Position numbers and translations under genes: made by a program. From contig JAUSBL010000002.1 of assembly GCA_030658975.1 (NCBI GenBank), positions 353 through 64,352 on the forward strand: a DNA stretch of 64,000 nt, written 5' to 3'. The stretch's first letter is position 1. Each line of letters starts with the position of its first letter. The notes under the pieces are model-generated. The model was not told the origin of the DNA. It saw nothing but the letters and a program-made list of their open reading frames with translations, and searched no databases. This document shows, in pieces, positions 1 through 10,136 of this stretch. Origin of the DNA: Candidatus Latescibacterota bacterium (lineage in GTDB: Bacteria > Krumholzibacteriota > Krumholzibacteriia > LZORAL124-64-63).

Positions 1-224
1 CCGTGGCCGCCGGCTGGGCGCGCTTCTTCGAGGGGGACACAGCACCCTTCGCCTGGGCGCCCCAGGATGTGGCGGTGCTCGCGTCCGGACAACTGGGCCT
101 CTCGAGCGGCCCCGTCACCGCACCTGACGGCTCGCCGTCCGGCTTCTTCACCTCGACCTGGCGACGCACGGCCGACGGCCGCTGGGAGATCATCCTGGAC
201 CGCGGCTGCCCGCCCTGCGAGTAG
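1..224 (+). CDS. DUF4440/NTF2-like (SnoaL-like) protein, C-terminal part; 5' end lies outside the window
   Basis: WAPQDVAVLASGQLGLSSGPV...FTSTWRRTADGRWEIILDRG is the typical C-terminal strand pattern of DUF4440 proteins. Confidence 0.65.
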   Translation, partial: VAAGWARFFEGDTAPFAWAPQDVAVLASGQLGLSSGPVTAPDGSPSGFFTSTWRRTADGRWEIILDRGCPPCE

Positions 225-271
225 CCGCCCAGCCGAATCGGTGGCGGCCGGGAGATCTTCCCGGCCGCGGA

Positions 272-1510
272 TCACTTCTTCTTCTCGGTCCCCTTGCCCG
301 TCGCCGCGTCGTGCAGCTTGACCTCGACGCGGTCCCCGGCGTCCAGGCCGGCGTAGTATTCCTTCAGGATCGCCAGCACCTCGGGGCGCGAGAACTCGGG
401 CGGGATCTCGCCGCCCTCGCTGAGGCCCTTGCGCAGGGCGGTGCCGGAGAGGAACAGGCGGTCTTCCTTGCCGTGAGGGCAGGTGCGCATGGAGATCATG
501 CCGCCGCACTTGTAGCACCAGAAGGTCCAGTCGATGGGCAGCATCTCGATCTCGAGCGAGCCAGCGGGGATCTCCGACCAGATGTTCTGGGCGTCGAAGG
601 GGCCGTAGTAGTTGCCGACGCCGGCGTGGTCGCGGCCGATGATCATGTGGGTGCAGCCGAAGTTCTGGCGGAACAGGCCGTGCAGCAGGCCCTCGCGCGG
701 CCCGGCGTAGCGCATGTCCAGCGGGTAGCCGCCCTGCAGGACGCTCTCCTTCAGGAAGTACCCGTCGACCAGCGCGTCGATGCACTTCGCGCGCACGTCG
801 GCGGGGATGTCGCCCGGCTTCAGGTTGCCCACCAGCTGGTGGATGAAGACGCCGTCGTTGATCTCCAGCGCGATCTTGGCCAAATACTCGTGGCTGCGGT
901 GCATGGGGTTGCGCAGCTGCAGCGCGGCGATCGTCTTCCAGCCGCGCTCGGCGAAGATGCGGCGGCTCTCCTCGGGGCGCATGTAGAGGCCGGGGAACTC
1001 GGCCGGGAACGTGCTCTCGCTCAGCACCTTCACCGGGCCGCCGAGGTTCACGTCCTTCTGCTCCATGACCATCTTGACGCCCGGGTGCTCGGCATCGACG
1101 GTGCGGAAGACGCGCTCGCACTCGAAGGCGCGGTCGATCTCGTACTTCTCGCGCACCTCCATGGTGGCGAGGATCTCGCCCGTCTCCGGCTCGACCAGCG
1201 CGATGCCGTCGCCGCTCTTCAGCGAGCCGGCCGTGGCGCGGTCCACGCTCAGGGTGATCGGGATCGGCCAGAAGACGCCGCTCTGCAGCTTCATGTCGCG
1301 GCAGACGCCCTCCCAGTCGGCCTTGCCCATGAACCCGGTCAGCGGCGTGAAGCCGCCGATGCCCAGCATGATCAGGTCGCCGGCCTCGCGGCTGCTGATG
1401 ACGACCTGCGGCAGGCCGGCGGCCCGCTTCAGTTCGGCGTCGCGGGCGGCGCCTTCCAGGAGCAGAGGCATCAGGCGGTCGCTGCCGTGCGGGCGGATCT
1501 GGCTGGACAT
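272..1510 (-). CDS. sat: Sulfate adenylyltransferase (ATP sulfurylase)
   Basis: Motifs [55 protein letters not shown]. Confidence 0.95.
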   Translation of the reverse strand: MSSQIRPHGSDRLMPLLLEGAARDAELKRAAGLPQVVISSREAGDLIMLGIGGFTPLTGFMGKADWEGVCRDMKLQSGVFWPIPITLSVDRATAGSLKSGDGIALVEPETGEILATMEVREKYEIDRAFECERVFRTVDAEHPGVKMVMEQKDVNLGGPVKVLSESTFPAEFPGLYMRPEESRRIFAERGWKTIAALQLRNPMHRSHEYLAKIALEINDGVFIHQLVGNLKPGDIPADVRAKCIDALVDGYFLKESVLQGGYPLDMRYAGPREGLLHGLFRQNFGCTHMIIGRDHAGVGNYYGPFDAQNIWSEIPAGSLEIEMLPIDWTFWCYKCGGMISMRTCPHGKEDRLFLSGTALRKGLSEGGEIPPEFSRPEVLAILKEYYAGLDAGDRVEVKLHDAATGKGTEKKK

Positions 1511-1689
1511 GGTCGGGTTCCCTTCGCGTGGGTGTGCTCGGTGCCGGCGAAATGTAGCGCGGCGCGGCGGGTTTGTCAGGTCGCAGACGGACGCGGGCGG
1601 GCGCGGCGTTCCGGCGGGGCGGCGGCGACGACGAACGGGCCGGCAACCCCTTGGACCACAAGAGTCTGTCCGCGAGGCCGCCGGCCCCG

Positions 1690-1719
1690 TTGACGGCGCT
1701 CCCCGCCCGGCGCTAGTGT
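1690..1719 (+). promoter_or_regulatory. Possible sigma70 promoter for the gene at 1989
   Basis: TTGACG-N18-TAGTGT in a GC-rich divergent intergenic region. Confidence 0.35.
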
Positions 1720-1988
1720 CGTCCCCTCGAGGGCTGCGGAGCCAGACCAGCCCCGCCCTCGCACCGGCCGCGCGCCCTCGCTCCTCGCTCCCGAGCCTCC
1801 GTCTCCGAGACTCTGACTCCTCCCCGCCTGCGACGCGGACACGCGGCGCTTCCGCGCGTTCCGCACCGGCCGTTGCACACGGGTGGAGTTCGACGCCGGC
1901 GGCGCGTCCGAGGGAGGGACGCCCGGCGGCTCTTGCCGGCCGGCGAAGGTCGCCGGTCGGCCGCGGTCAAGCTGCAAGGGGGTCGAAC

Positions 1989-2792
1989 ATGTACCACAAG
2001 CTATGTGCCGTTCTCTGCCTGGTCGCGGCCGCGGTCCTGCTGCCGCCCGCGACCGCCGCGGCGCAGGGCGGCCTCGAGGTCGCCCTCGTCGAGTGGGAGA
2101 CGCAGGGCGCCATGGTCGCCTTCCACATCCGGTTCCACAACGCGGGCACCCAGACCACCGGAACGGCGACGGGCGAACTCTTCTCGCAGGAGTACGGCGC
2201 CTTCCTGCCCGACTTCGGCGTCATCGGCACCTTCGATGTGCCGCCCATCCTGCCGGACAGCTTCTTCGACGTGTTCCTGGATGCCCCGCGGGAGGAACTG
2301 CCCCCCTCGGCCGCCGAGAACCTGCCCTGGCTCATGCCGACCGGGAACAAGGACTACTGCGGGCCCGACGATCACTGGGACGGCAACGTGGACATCATCT
2401 GGTTCTTCAACGGCCTCCCCGGCGGCCAGGTCAACGCCCACTTCGGCAATCTGCTGGTCTGCCCGGGCTTCGGCCACTCCTACATCCATGTGGTCACGAT
2501 GTGCCCGGGGTGGGCCGGCTGGTGGTTCGCCGGCGTGTGCGCCGGCTGGAACGTGGCGCTGGTGAACGAGGACCTGTCGCCGGCGCCCAACCCGGTGCCG
2601 CCGGGCTGGAGCGGGCACATCGCCGTGTCGGCCGACGCGACCGTGGCCTTCGGCGCGGTCTGCTGCTTCGCGCTCAACTTCAACTGCGGCGGCGTCGTGA
2701 CGCCGGTGAACCTCTGCGCGACGACCTGCGACTGCGGCGCGGTCGCCGACGAGCCGACGAGCTGGGGCGCCATCAAGAGCATGTACCGGTGA
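1989..2792 (+). CDS. Secreted Cys-rich hypothetical protein with C-terminal SWGxIKxxYR tail
   Basis: ATG at 1989, signal peptide MYHKLCAVLCLVAAAVLLPPATAAA, GC3-rich codon usage, ends EPTSWGAIKSMYR. Confidence 0.8.
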   Translation: MYHKLCAVLCLVAAAVLLPPATAAAQGGLEVALVEWETQGAMVAFHIRFHNAGTQTTGTATGELFSQEYGAFLPDFGVIGTFDVPPILPDSFFDVFLDAPREELPPSAAENLPWLMPTGNKDYCGPDDHWDGNVDIIWFFNGLPGGQVNAHFGNLLVCPGFGHSYIHVVTMCPGWAGWWFAGVCAGWNVALVNEDLSPAPNPVPPGWSGHIAVSADATVAFGAVCCFALNFNCGGVVTPVNLCATTCDCGAVADEPTSWGAIKSMYR

Positions 2793-2808
2793 GGATCCGG
2801 TGACGGAT

Positions 2809-2834
2809 GGGGCGCGGCCGCCGGTCCGCGCCCC
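2809..2834. terminator. Hairpin between convergent genes
   Basis: GGGGCGCGG-N8-CCGCGCCCC. Confidence 0.45.
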
Positions 2835-2837
2835 GCT

Positions 2838-4130
2838 TCAGGCGGGCTTGCCCAGCAGCCGGAACATCTCGCGCTTGTAGGCCTCGACACCGGGCTGGTC
2901 GAAGGGGTTCACCCCCAGCAGGCGCCCGCTGACCGCCACGGCCTTCTCGAAGAAGAAGAGCAGCCCGCCGACGCTCCACTCGTCCAGCGTCGCCAGTTCC
3001 ATGCCGATGGTCGGCAGCCCCCCCTCGCGGTGGGCGGCGCGCGTGCCGGCGAAAGCCCGGGCGTTGATGTCGTCCAGGGAGCGGCCCTCGAGGTAACCGA
3101 GGCCGTCGCCGCGATCCGCCGAGGCCGGCACGACCAGCGTGGAGTCGGTCTCGCGTACGGTCAGGAAGGTCTCGAACAGCTCGCGGCGGCCGTCCTGCAG
3201 GTACTGGCCGAGGCTGTGCAGGTCGGTCGTGAAGCGGCACGACGCCGGGAAGATGCCGCGGCCCTGCTTGCCCTCGCTCTCGCCGAAGAGCTGCTTCCAC
3301 CACTCCTGCAGCGGCCCGAGGTCGCTGTGGAAGGTGCTGAGCACCTCGGTCGTGAAACCGGCCTCGTAGAGCCGGTGGCGCGCCACGGCGTAGAGGTGGG
3401 CGGGGTTGTCGGCGAGCACGGGGTTCTCGCAGGTCGCCGCCATGGCGGCGGCCCCGTCCAGCAGGCGGCGGACGTCCAGCCCGGCGACCGCCAGCGGCCA
3501 CAGGCCCACCGGGGTCAGCACCGAGAAGCGACCGCCCACGTCGTCGGGGATCACATAGGTGTCCCAGCCCTCGGCGTCGGCCAGGGCGCGCAGGGCGCCG
3601 CGCGAGGCGTCGGTGATCGCGGTGATGCGGCGGCGCTCGCCCTCGCGGCCGTAGCGCTCCTGCAGCGCGGCGCGGAACAGGCGGAACGAAACGGCCGGCT
3701 CCAGTGTTGTACCGGACTTGGAGATCACGCACAGCCGCACGTCGCGTCCCTCGATGCGCCGCAGCAGGCGGCGCAGGCCGGCGGCGCACAGGTGCGTGCC
3801 GGCGAACAGGATCTCGGGTCCGGACGTGCGGTCGGTCAGGGCATGCAGGACGGCTTCGGCCCCCAGATAGGAACCGCCGATGCCGATCACCACCACGACG
3901 TCGCCGTCGCCCCTGGCCGCCTCGGCGGCGTCCCGCAGACGGTCCAGGTCGGGGCCGGCCGCGGTGCGCGGCAGGTCGAGCCAACCCAGGAAATCGGCGC
4001 CGGGACCCTCGCGGCGGGCCAGTTCCGCGCCGATCGTCCGCACGCGGTCGCCGCAGGCGTCGATCGCGCCGCGGTCGAGGAAGGGCTCCAGGCCCGTCAG
4101 ATCGAGGGAAAGGGCGCGGACGTCCGGCAT
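2838..4130 (-). CDS. pgi: Glucose-6-phosphate isomerase
   Basis: GIGGSYLG, ISKSGTTLE, GGRFSVLT, QLFGESEGK, NPFDQPGVEAYK; ATG at 4130 preceded by GGAGGA. Confidence 0.95.
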   Translation of the reverse strand: MPDVRALSLDLTGLEPFLDRGAIDACGDRVRTIGAELARREGPGADFLGWLDLPRTAAGPDLDRLRDAAEAARGDGDVVVVIGIGGSYLGAEAVLHALTDRTSGPEILFAGTHLCAAGLRRLLRRIEGRDVRLCVISKSGTTLEPAVSFRLFRAALQERYGREGERRRITAITDASRGALRALADAEGWDTYVIPDDVGGRFSVLTPVGLWPLAVAGLDVRRLLDGAAAMAATCENPVLADNPAHLYAVARHRLYEAGFTTEVLSTFHSDLGPLQEWWKQLFGESEGKQGRGIFPASCRFTTDLHSLGQYLQDGRRELFETFLTVRETDSTLVVPASADRGDGLGYLEGRSLDDINARAFAGTRAAHREGGLPTIGMELATLDEWSVGGLLFFFEKAVAVSGRLLGVNPFDQPGVEAYKREMFRLLGKPA

Positions 4131-4299
4131 CGGTTCCTCCCGGCGGCACCCGGCCGGAAACCTGGTCGCGGATTCCCGCAGGTGCGAAAGCTGCATGAGT
4201 GTATTAGCATTGCCCCTTGGCGCGTCGGGCGCGGCATCCTGCATTGTGAGCCAGACAACTCGAGGAGACAACTGGGTTCTTTGCGACCGCAACTCTGAA

Positions 4300-6465
4300 A
4301 TGCACACATCGCCCAAGACATACACCGGCCTGATCGCCACCTTGCTGTGCGTCGCGCTCCTGTCGCCCGTCGCGGGCTTCGCCGCGCCCGCCGCCGAAAA
4401 GGCCCTGGACGATCACATCCTGACTGACCAGAGTCCCGACTCCTGGGCGTACGAAGGCAAGGCGCGGGCCCTGGCCGCCGCCGCCGCCGCCGGCCGGATG
4501 ACCGAGATGACGCCCGAGCAGGCCGCGATCGACGTCCTGCACTACGTGCTGTACCTCGGCGTGGACATCGCGCAGGAAACCCTGAACGGTGCCTGCCTCA
4601 TCACCTTCACGCCGGTCGAGCCCGGCGTCGGCGAACTGGTCCTGGACTACGTCGCCGGAATGGGCGTCGGCACCGTCGGCGCGATCGACGGGACGTTCAC
4701 CCCGCTGGCCTGGGAGCGCGACGGCGACCTGCTGCGCACGCAACTGGCGACGCCCGTCTCGCCCGGCGACACGCTGACCGTCCTGGTGACGTTCGACGGC
4801 GCGCCGCAACCCGACGGGCTCTTCGGCTTCCAGTTCAAGACGCGGCCCGGCGGCGGGCCGATCGCCGCCAGCCTCAGCGAACCCTGGAGCGCCCGCTCCT
4901 GGTGGCCGTGCAAGGACTACCCCCTGGACAAGGCCACCTGCGACATCATGCTGACGGTGCCCGCGGGCCTGATCGGCGTCTCCAACGGCGCGCCGCTGGC
5001 CGAGCCGCCGCCGCATCCCTACCTGAACGGCGCCGCCGCCGCATCCCCGCCCGGCTCGCCCCTGCCGGATCGCAACGACGCGACGACCGACCTTTTCTGC
5101 TGGCGCGAGGCGCAGCCCATCAGCACCTACCACCTGTCGGTCGCCGTCAGCGACTACGTCGTGCTGCAGGAGACCTACCGCGGCCTGGACGGCAACCTCC
5201 AGCTGACCCATTTCGTCTATCCCGACCTCGTCGAGGAAGCCCTCGTCGATTTCGACAACCTCGGCGACATGATGGCCTTCTGCGAGGAGAAGTTCGGAGC
5301 CTACCCCTACCCGCACGAGAAGTACGGCATGGCCCTGTTCGAGTGGCAAGGCGCCATGGAGCACCCCACGGCCACCTCGTACGGCTCGCACTTCGTGCGC
5401 GGCGACCACTTCTTCGACACCATCGTCATGCACGAGCTGTCCCACCAGTGGTTCGGCAACAAGGTCACCTGCGCCGACTGGACCCACATCTGGCTGAACG
5501 AGGGTTTCGCGACCTACGTCGAGGGCCTGTGGCGCGAGCACAACTCCGGCCCGAACGCCCTGAAGTGGTTCATGAAGGCCCGCAGCATCTTCACGTGGTG
5601 GGACACCCCCCTGCTGCGGGAAGCCGGCGTCGCGGATCCCTGGTACTACTTCGATAATCTGGTCTACCACAAGGGCGCCTGGGTGCTGCACATGTTGCGG
5701 CGGGTGCTCGGCGACCAGATGTTCTTCGACTGCCTGCGCGATTACATCACGAACCGCGACCACACCCACACGACGGTGTCCACCGCGGACTTCGTCAGCT
5801 CGTGCGAGCGCACCAGCCGCCGGCAGCTCGACTGGTTCTTCGACCAGTGGCTCCTGCGCACCACCCACCCCGAGCTGTCCCTGTCCTGGCTCTACGAGAC
5901 GGAGCCCGGGCACAACGTGCTGCACATCGACCTGCACCAGACCCAGCCACCGGATCCCCTGACCGGCGACGCCCCCTTCATCTTCCCGCTGGACCTGACG
6001 CTCGCCACGGCCGCCGGGGACACCCTGGTGACCCTGTGGGTGGACCGGCGGGTCATGGACTTCCGGCTGCCCGTCAGCGCCGCGGTGACCGCAGTGACGG
6101 TCGATCCCAACGGATGGCTGCTGCACTCCGCCGACGTCATCGTCGCGGTGGGCGACAGCGGCGCGAGTCCGGGCCTGACCCTGCAGCCCCCCTTGCCCAA
6201 CCCCTTCCACGGCCGCGGCGTCCTGCGCTGGCGGACCGCCACCGAGAGCAGCGACCGCCTCGAGATCCACGACCTCCGCGGCCGCCTCGTCCACGAGCAC
6301 AGCCTGCCCCCCGCTCCCGCCGGCGAACGCTCCGCGATCTGGGACGGTCACGACCGGGACGGGCGCGCCTGCCCGGCCGGCGTCTACTTCGCCACCCTCG
6401 TCAGCAGCCCCCGGGACGGGACCGGGGCGGACCGCCGCACCGTCAAGATCACCCTCGCCCGTTGA
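4300..6465 (+). CDS. Secreted M1-family zinc aminopeptidase with C-terminal FlgD-Ig/T9SS-CTD-like domain
   Basis: GAMEH, HELSHQW...WLNEGFA and YHKG motifs; signal peptide; C-terminal PNPF...DLRGRLV...WDG...AGVYF. Confidence 0.9.
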   Translation: MHTSPKTYTGLIATLLCVALLSPVAGFAAPAAEKALDDHILTDQSPDSWAYEGKARALAAAAAAGRMTEMTPEQAAIDVLHYVLYLGVDIAQETLNGACLITFTPVEPGVGELVLDYVAGMGVGTVGAIDGTFTPLAWERDGDLLRTQLATPVSPGDTLTVLVTFDGAPQPDGLFGFQFKTRPGGGPIAASLSEPWSARSWWPCKDYPLDKATCDIMLTVPAGLIGVSNGAPLAEPPPHPYLNGAAAASPPGSPLPDRNDATTDLFCWREAQPISTYHLSVAVSDYVVLQETYRGLDGNLQLTHFVYPDLVEEALVDFDNLGDMMAFCEEKFGAYPYPHEKYGMALFEWQGAMEHPTATSYGSHFVRGDHFFDTIVMHELSHQWFGNKVTCADWTHIWLNEGFATYVEGLWREHNSGPNALKWFMKARSIFTWWDTPLLREAGVADPWYYFDNLVYHKGAWVLHMLRRVLGDQMFFDCLRDYITNRDHTHTTVSTADFVSSCERTSRRQLDWFFDQWLLRTTHPELSLSWLYETEPGHNVLHIDLHQTQPPDPLTGDAPFIFPLDLTLATAAGDTLVTLWVDRRVMDFRLPVSAAVTAVTVDPNGWLLHSADVIVAVGDSGASPGLTLQPPLPNPFHGRGVLRWRTATESSDRLEIHDLRGRLVHEHSLPPAPAGERSAIWDGHDRDGRACPAGVYFATLVSSPRDGTGADRRTVKITLAR

Positions 6466-6539
6466 CATCGCCCGCGCGGGGCGCATCCTTGGGGCTGACC
6501 CGCGGCCCCCGGCTCCCATCCCTCGTCGACGGAGACCCC

Positions 6540-7781
6540 GTGCACGACAGCCTCCCGACCGACGGCGACCGTACGGTCATCAGCGCCCACTACGCGGAGA
6601 TCGCCCTGAAGGGCAAGAACCGCCACCTGTTCCTGCTGCGCCTGCGCAACAACATGATGGCGCAATTGCGCGGCGAGCCCGTGGTCGCCATCAACCACAT
6701 CGAGAGCCGCCTGCTGCTGCGCCTGGGCGACCCGGCCGCCGCGCTGCGCGCCGCCGCGAAGCTGCAGCGGGTGCCCGGCATCCAGAACCTGTCGCTGGCC
6801 GCGTCGGTGGCGCGCACCGGCGACGACGAGGCCGACCTGGACCACGCCGGCGCGATCGCCGCCGCGATGACCCGCCGCGAGGCGGGCGGCGCCCGCACCT
6901 TCAAGGTGGACACGCGCCGCTCCGACCGGGCGTTCCCGGTGCCCTCGCCGCAGATCAGCGCGCGCCTGGGCGCCGCGATCGTCATGGCGACCGCCCTGCC
7001 CGTGGACCTCCACGCTCCCGAGTTCACGGTCCACGTGCTGGTGATGAAGCGGGAGATCCTGATCTTCGCGCAGAAGCTGCCCGGCTGCGGCGGCCTGCCC
7101 GTCGGCTCCAGCGGCCGCGTCACGGTCCTGATGTCGGGGGGGATCGACTCGCCGGTGGCGGCCTGGATGATGATGCGGCGGGGCTGCCGCCCCGAGTTCG
7201 TGCACTTCTACCCGGGGCGCGGCGTCGCCGAGGCCGACTCCGCCAAGATCGAGCGCCTGGTCGCCGTCCTGGCCGGCTACGCCCCCCAGCCGCTGGTGCT
7301 GCACCTGGTGCCGTCCTACCCGTACGAGGCGCGCGCCGTGGGCGCGGTCGAGGACGCCTACGACATGGTGCTGTTCCGGCGCTACATGTTCAAGACGGCG
7401 GTGCGCTTCGCGCGGCGGGAGAACTGCCAGGCGGTGATCGCCGGCGACAGCGTCGGCCAGGTCGCCAGCCAGACCCTGCCCAACCTCGCGGCGATCACCC
7501 CGGACATCCGGCTGCCGATCCTGCGGCCGCTGATCGGCATGGACAAGCTCGAGATCACCGCGCTGAGCCGCCGCATCGGCGTCTACGACATCTCCATCGA
7601 GCCGCACCGCGACTGCTGCTCGATCCGCTCGCCGCGGCCGGTGCTCAACGCCCGCGCCGTGCACCTGCTGGAGCTGTCGGAACGGATCGGCCTGGACGAG
7701 GCGGTGAACGAGGCCCTGCACACCTCGACCAAGCTGCGGATCGGCCCGCAGGGCCGCGTCGCCGCGGAGCCGGAAGCCTGA
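6540..7781 (+). CDS. thiI: tRNA 4-thiouridine synthase ThiI (THUMP + PP-loop, no rhodanese domain)
   Basis: YAEIALKGKNR, GGLPVGSSG, SGGIDSPVA, GQVASQT, RPLIGMDK, DCC; GTG at 6540 after GGAG. Confidence 0.9.
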   Translation: MHDSLPTDGDRTVISAHYAEIALKGKNRHLFLLRLRNNMMAQLRGEPVVAINHIESRLLLRLGDPAAALRAAAKLQRVPGIQNLSLAASVARTGDDEADLDHAGAIAAAMTRREAGGARTFKVDTRRSDRAFPVPSPQISARLGAAIVMATALPVDLHAPEFTVHVLVMKREILIFAQKLPGCGGLPVGSSGRVTVLMSGGIDSPVAAWMMMRRGCRPEFVHFYPGRGVAEADSAKIERLVAVLAGYAPQPLVLHLVPSYPYEARAVGAVEDAYDMVLFRRYMFKTAVRFARRENCQAVIAGDSVGQVASQTLPNLAAITPDIRLPILRPLIGMDKLEITALSRRIGVYDISIEPHRDCCSIRSPRPVLNARAVHLLELSERIGLDEAVNEALHTSTKLRIGPQGRVAAEPEA

Positions 7782-7788
7782 TCCCCGC

Positions 7789-8484
7789 TCAGTCCGGCAG
7801 CACGCGCCGGATCGTCTCGAGGCTCTTGGTCCACCAGGGTTCGTCCAGGCTGTCGATCTGCACGCGCCCCCCCGTGGACGTCGAGTGGATGAAATCCCCG
7901 TGCCCGATGTAGATCCCCACGTGCGAGATCCGCCCCCGCCCGTTGTTGAAGCAGAGCAGGTCGCCCACGCGCAGCTCGTCCTTCGCCACGTGATGGGCGT
8001 AGCGCGCCTGCTCGACCGACGACCGCGGCAGCTCGACCCCGACCTTCTTGTAGATGAACCGCGCGAACCCGCTGCAGTCGAACCCCTTGGCCGTCGAGCC
8101 CCCGTAACGGTAGGGCGTGCCCAGGTGCTCCATGGCCAGCCGGCAGACCTCCAGACCGTCCGCAGTCACGGCCCCGGCCTCCGGCGCCGCCGCCGCCCCG
8201 GCCAGGGTGTCGGCCGGCGTCCCCTGCGGCATGCCCGCGGGCGGCCGCCGCGACCCGCCCTGCGCCCGCTCGCGGCCGGGGCGCGACCGGTCGGGCCGAT
8301 CGCTCTCGGGCCGGGCCACGGGCTGGTCGCTGAGCGGCGGCAACTGGCCGCGGCGATGGGGGGCGCAGCCGGGAGCCAGCAGGAGCAGACCTGCCAGCAG
8401 GAGCAGGAGGGTGATGGGGGAAGGGCGGTGGGGGGGGCTCTGCAACATGTCGGGCAGTCTACCCTCCCACTCCGCCTCTGTCAT
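7789..8484 (-). CDS. NlpC/P60 (C40) cell-wall peptidase, probable lipoprotein
   Basis: LGTPYRYGG, FDCSGF, SHVGIY, FIHS; hydrophobic leader ending APGC; exact start uncertain. Confidence 0.85.
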   Translation of the reverse strand: MTEAEWEGRLPDMLQSPPHRPSPITLLLLLAGLLLLAPGCAPHRRGQLPPLSDQPVARPESDRPDRSRPGRERAQGGSRRPPAGMPQGTPADTLAGAAAAPEAGAVTADGLEVCRLAMEHLGTPYRYGGSTAKGFDCSGFARFIYKKVGVELPRSSVEQARYAHHVAKDELRVGDLLCFNNGRGRISHVGIYIGHGDFIHSTSTGGRVQIDSLDEPWWTKSLETIRRVLPD

Positions 8485-8514
8485 CCGGTTGTGCCGTCGA
8501 AAATGTGTCTCAGC

Positions 8515-8575
8515 TATTATGGTTCAAATATATATATATATTTATCTATATTTCACCATAATACGGGAGTAATCG
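8515..8575. promoter_or_regulatory. AT-rich divergent promoter region with a (TA)n run
   Basis: aatatatatatatatttatctatatttcaccataata between divergent genes in a high-GC background. Confidence 0.4.
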
Positions 8576-8677
8576 CGGCTCTCAAACCCAGAACACAATC
8601 TCCGCGGCACAACCCTTGGATGTGGGGGGGGCGGGTGCTAGTTTGGGGGGCCTTCTCACCATTTCCAAGGATCCCAA

Positions 8678-10072
8678 ATGAACGACCAGCACACCCCGCC
8701 CCCCCCCGGCGTCCCCACGCCCGCCGCCCTGAACGTGGGCGACGTTTTCGAAACCGCCATCGCGAAGCTGGTCACCGGCGGGGCCGGCCTGGGTCGCAGC
8801 TCCGACGGGCAGGCCGCTTTCGTGTCCGGCACCGCGGCGGGCGACCGGGTGCGCGCCCGGGTGACGCGCCGGCGCAAGGGCTTCGTCGAGGCCGAGCTGG
8901 TCGAGGTGCTCGTCCCGTCGACCGACCGCGTCGAGCCGCCGCTGGGCGAACTCGGGTCGCTGTCGGGCTGTGATCTGCAGCACCTGTCGGTGGAGGCCCA
9001 GTTGCGGGCCAAGACGGAGATCGTGCGCGACTGCCTGGCCCGGATCGCCGGGCTCGATCTCGGCGACCGCCTCGAGGGGCCGCTGCCCGCCGGTCCCGCG
9101 CTGGGGTACCGCAACAAGGTCCGCCTGTGGCGGACCCCGGCCGGGCCGTACGGCATGCTCCGCCACGACAGCCACGAGGTCCTGCCGATCGAGCGGCACG
9201 GCCTGATGCCGGACGCCTTCAACGACGACATCCTGCCCTTCGTGGTCACGTTGCCGCCAGCGGACCAGATCGTGGTGCGCCTGGACCACCAGGACCGCTT
9301 CCTGGTGTCGCTGTTCGGCGAGCCGGGCCGCGCGCGGATGCTCAAGGCGGTGCTCAAGAAGCTGCCCGACGGCGAGGCGCCGCACCCGAAGTGCCTGGGC
9401 ATCCTCTACAACAACCGGCCCCTGTGGGGCCGCGACCACCTGGTGATCCAGCTCGCCGACCGCACCTACCGCGTGCACGCCACGAGCTTCTTCCAGACGA
9501 ACTACCGGGAGACCGAGGCTGCCGTCGCGCTCGTCCGCGGCTGGCTGGACGAGGCAGGCGTCACCGCCGCGGCGCCGGGCGCCGCGCTGCTGGACCTCTA
9601 CGCCGGCGTCGGGCTGTTCAGCCTGGCGCTGGACGACCGTTTCGCGCGCATCCTGGCCGTCGAGAGCGACGCGGGCGCGGTCCGCGACGCCCGCAACAAC
9701 GTCAAGCGGGACCGCGCCGCCGCCACCCGCACCGCCGTGATCGACACCCCGGTCGAGCGGGCCGTCCTGTCCTGGAAGACCGGCGATCCCGCCGACCAGC
9801 CCGGCAACCCGGGCGATCCCGCCGGAGCGCTCGACTGGGCCACCACGACGGTCGTCGTCGACCCGCCGCGCACCGGTCTGGGCGAGCAGGTGGCGAAGGA
9901 CCTCGCCGCATTCGGCCCCGCGCGCGTGCTGTACATGAGCTGCGATCCGGCGACCTTCGCCCGGGACGTCAAGACGCTGGGCGAGGGAGGCTATGCGCTG
10001 AAGAGGGCGCGGGTGATCGACATGTTCCCGATGACGGGGCACGTCGAGGTGCTCGGCGAACTGGCGCGCTGA
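8678..10072 (+). CDS. TRAM-domain 23S rRNA (uracil-5)-methyltransferase, RlmD/TrmA family
   Basis: N-terminal TRAM domain, YRNK, SFFQTN, DLYAGVGLF, VDPPRTG, YMSCDPATFARD, DMFPMTGHVE. Confidence 0.9.
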   Translation: MNDQHTPPPPGVPTPAALNVGDVFETAIAKLVTGGAGLGRSSDGQAAFVSGTAAGDRVRARVTRRRKGFVEAELVEVLVPSTDRVEPPLGELGSLSGCDLQHLSVEAQLRAKTEIVRDCLARIAGLDLGDRLEGPLPAGPALGYRNKVRLWRTPAGPYGMLRHDSHEVLPIERHGLMPDAFNDDILPFVVTLPPADQIVVRLDHQDRFLVSLFGEPGRARMLKAVLKKLPDGEAPHPKCLGILYNNRPLWGRDHLVIQLADRTYRVHATSFFQTNYRETEAAVALVRGWLDEAGVTAAAPGAALLDLYAGVGLFSLALDDRFARILAVESDAGAVRDARNNVKRDRAAATRTAVIDTPVERAVLSWKTGDPADQPGNPGDPAGALDWATTTVVVDPPRTGLGEQVAKDLAAFGPARVLYMSCDPATFARDVKTLGEGGYALKRARVIDMFPMTGHVEVLGELAR

Positions 10073-10078
10073 AACGAA

Positions 10079-10113
10079 GCGCGGGAGGGGCCGGCCGCCG
10101 TCCCCTCCCGCGC
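10079..10113. terminator. Hairpin between convergent genes
   Basis: GCGCGGGAGGGG...CCCCTCCCGCGC inverted repeat. Confidence 0.55.
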
Positions 10114-10136
10114 GTGTGCCTGCCGGGTTCAAACAC

